In this document: positions 61,294 through 64,000 of the stretch, one piece after another
Numbering within the stretch: position 1 is the first letter of the stretch
How the letters are laid out: every line of letters starts with the position of its first letter
Assembly (NCBI GenBank): GCA_030390025.1
Contig: CM059445.1
Span: 9,672,001 to 9,736,000, forward strand
Source: Squalus acanthias
Taxonomy: Eukaryota
Reading direction: 5' to 3'
DNA length: 64,000 bases
Translations under genes and position numbers: made by a program
Notes under the pieces: generated by a model
Told to the model about the DNA's origin: nothing
Databases searched by the model: none
The model's input: the letters and a program-made list of their open reading frames with translations, nothing else

Positions 61294-62921
61294 CTGCAGG
61301 GGAAGAGACCAGGACACAAATCAATGTGTTAATGTGACTCTGGCTGTTGAGTGCTGCAGCCAGCTATTCAAGTCAAATGAATGTTCAACAGTCCTGATTG
61401 CAAAGACTGTGGTTTGCTCGGTGTTTGCTGAGCAAAACATTTTATAGCACAGAAGGCGGCCAGTCGGGCCATCGAGCCTGTGCCAGCACATAAATAGTTT
61501 AAGCCACTTAGTCCCATTCTTTTCCATATCTTCACAAATTTTTCTTTTTCAAATATTTATCCACTTTCCGTTTAAAAGCGATTATGGATTCTGCTTACCC
61601 CACTGTTTCTGGGAGGGCATGCTACCTCCTAACAACCCTCTATGTATATAAAAAAAATTCTAATCTCTTCTCTTTTGGTGATAAACTTCTGCCCTCTAGT
61701 TCACAACTTGTATAGCAGTAGTAATAGCCTTTCCCCATTTAACTTATCGAAACCTCGCCATTTTGAACACCGCTATTGGATCTCTTGTCACCCTTCTCTA
61801 TTTCAACGGAAAAAAGTCCCAGGAGATAATGCAGATTCCAGTGCTAGAATCTGCAGAGAGGGGCGTTATAGATTTCAGTTTGGGCTCTGCCATAGGCCCA
61901 GTGATGTAAAGGAAGTGGCCGGTGTCATGCCAAACAGGAATGGTCTCTAAATTGAGTTACTTGATCTTAGCCAGGGGAGCGGGGGGGAGCAGGACAAGTG
62001 ACCTGAGCCCCCGGGCTAGGATGTAGGGAGAAACAAAAAGAAAACCAACTAAGATTCCCGCTCCTGATCTCTACACAGTATCATTATACAGTGACCTGTA
62101 CTGGAAAGTATGTATGCGAGGACCTTGTGTAAGGTCATGGTTGGGTTCAGTTGCGATGCCCTCCATGGTTAAATCTGTAGATACCCTGTGTCTAGGGTTC
62201 CCCATGTGAAGAATGCGCACAGAGCACTGCTCCCACCCTTAGAGCTGCACCCAGCAAGAGTTAGTGCCTTAAGGAGACAAGGAGAGAAACTGGAAAAAAA
62301 CAGGTAAAACAAGGAGTGTTCTTTTCACAACTGTAATTATTTAAAGATTTTATTCCACATCATTACGAGTGACAGTTCTCCGTTATTTCTTCTGCTTGCT
62401 TTGAATCCTCATCGGTACCATTACAAAATATGGAATGGTGAAGAATTTCACAAGATTACACACACAAGATGTCTGTAGTTTCAACGCCCCACCCACCCCT
62501 AATAGGGAAGGGCAGTTGCGCCATTATAATCAGAAAAGACTGGGCGATGTTCAACGGGATGGAAATGCTCCCTCAGCAGATCTGATTTGAGTTGTTTCCC
62601 CTCCTGTACATTCCTAATGTTAAGAATGAAGCCGACCCATAATACAGAGACTCAAAATAAAACTCAAAACTTCTCCCAGAGTACAAAGGTAATCAAGTCG
62701 AAGCTCCAGGTTAGCAATGCAACACCCAGAATCGAACAGATTTAGAACCCGTTAGGGGCCAATCATTTCAAATAGAAGAAAGGGAATATTACTTTGGGAA
62801 TAGAGCAGTCATCTCACCAATAGGGCCTCGCTTAAAAATGCAAGTTCAAACCAAAGTCTATCGTGTGCAGTTATTTGTCTTATTGCTAATGAGCTAGGTC
62901 CAGAAAACTTCACCTTGTTAG

Positions 62922-63091
62922 CGATGTTCCCTGTAAGCTGTGCGGGTGCGTGGCCGTGCAGCCATCTGGACAGGTACTGCGCAGTCCGCTCACAAGCTGT
63001 CCCGTTGAAGGTACTGCGCGTGCAAATTTAACGGTACCGCCCATTTAAATAGACAGGCCGCGCACCACGGTAATATTTAGAGGGAGCATTG
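62922..63091. mobile_element. hAT-type MITE, copy 3
   Basis: TIR cgatgttccct / agggagcattg; perfect 8-bp TSD cttgttag (62914-62921, 63092-63099); start aagctgtgcgg shared with the 41881 copy. Confidence 0.85.
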
Positions 63092-64000
63092 CTTGTTAGG
63101 TATATTTCTTGACGGGTCAGTATCCTTTCAACTGTTGCAATAAATCTTTTCTGCTGGGAAGCTGTGTAAAGCAGCTTTGGCTACTGTCCTTTTCTTCTGC
63201 ATTCCCGAGGCGAGCTTCACCGCGTGGCCACGTCAGTGTTCGGTCGTAAGCAAACAACAGCATCGATTTCAATTTTGTCTCTCATCATAATGAATTTACA
63301 TTTTGGGAGGGAACTGAAGAGCGAGAGAGAGAGATCCGTGAAGTGGACGGGAGGAGAAGATTGCTTCAGCAATCTGGTCACTGGAGCTCACAGTAAACTC
63401 AATTAAAACAAAAGGACACAAATCGTAATTTTTTTTATTTTTAAAAAAGGCTTTTTTTTGTTGATTAAAAAGGAGAAACTGTCCTTTCCCTGCAGGGAAC
63501 CTGCCATCCCAACCTGGTTTGGCCCATACTTAATTCTAGTCCCACACTACGTTGACTCTTAACGCTCTCTGAAATGGCCTAGCAAGCCACTCGGTTGCAC
63601 AACTGCCCAAGAAGGCAGCCCACCACTTTCTCAGGGCAACTAGGGATGGACAATAAATGTAACATTGCCAGTGTCGTCGACATCCTAGGAACAGATTTAA
63701 GAAAATAAAAATAAAAATGGGTAACCGTGAATCTTCCCAGCTTTCTTACAACCAGGAACTACAGAAATCATTCAACAGTAAAAACCTGGGTGTAAGTGCA
63801 GCAGTTGCAGTGTATCACAGTTGCAATGCGCTGCACCAGGGTGCGGCAAGATGCGGGCCTGTGGCTGGATTCCCTGCACAACAAGGTCGCTAAATCTCAG
63901 CTGCGCGGCTCGGAGGATGCAGAGAAGGAACGCCAAGCATTTACACCACACCACAGGGAAGAGAAACATAAAACAGAGAGAGGCTTGGGACGACCATGGA

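Noticed and set aside
63100-64000. Further upstream WIZ coding exon
   Set aside because: Acceptor-like sites exist on the - strand, but the frames checked close early and show no WIZ zinc-finger motif; upstream exons probably lie beyond the window

Overview
Eukaryotic (vertebrate) genomic DNA. The repeat landscape (dense CR1/L2 LINE remnants, DeuSINE-type SINE, Penelope-type elements) points to a cartilaginous fish (shark/ray); that assignment is inference. Two spliced genes face each other tail-to-tail. On the + strand are 12 coding exons (332-28864) of an AKAP8/AKAP8L-family gene: all GT-AG, phases consistent, 630 codons including the stop, first exon(s) upstream of the window. On the - strand are the last three coding exons of WIZ (61293-41232). 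Introns and the intergenic/3'UTR region contain nested CR1 insertions, L2 tails, several SINE families, three copies of a hAT-type MITE with 8-bp TSDs, two GC-skewed minisatellites and microsatellites. The most striking non-coding signal is a set of small insertions carrying minimal hammerhead-ribozyme cores (Penelope/retrozyme-like), two with 13-bp TSDs. One is a perfect 94-bp inverted repeat in the WIZ intron. A candidate poison exon in the AKAP8L-like gene and its AKAP8/AKAP8L mosaic character also merit follow-up. Most ORF-track entries are LINE remnants or chance ORFs. All protein and repeat-family identifications are from recalled sequences, not database searches, and repeat boundaries without a TSD are approximate.
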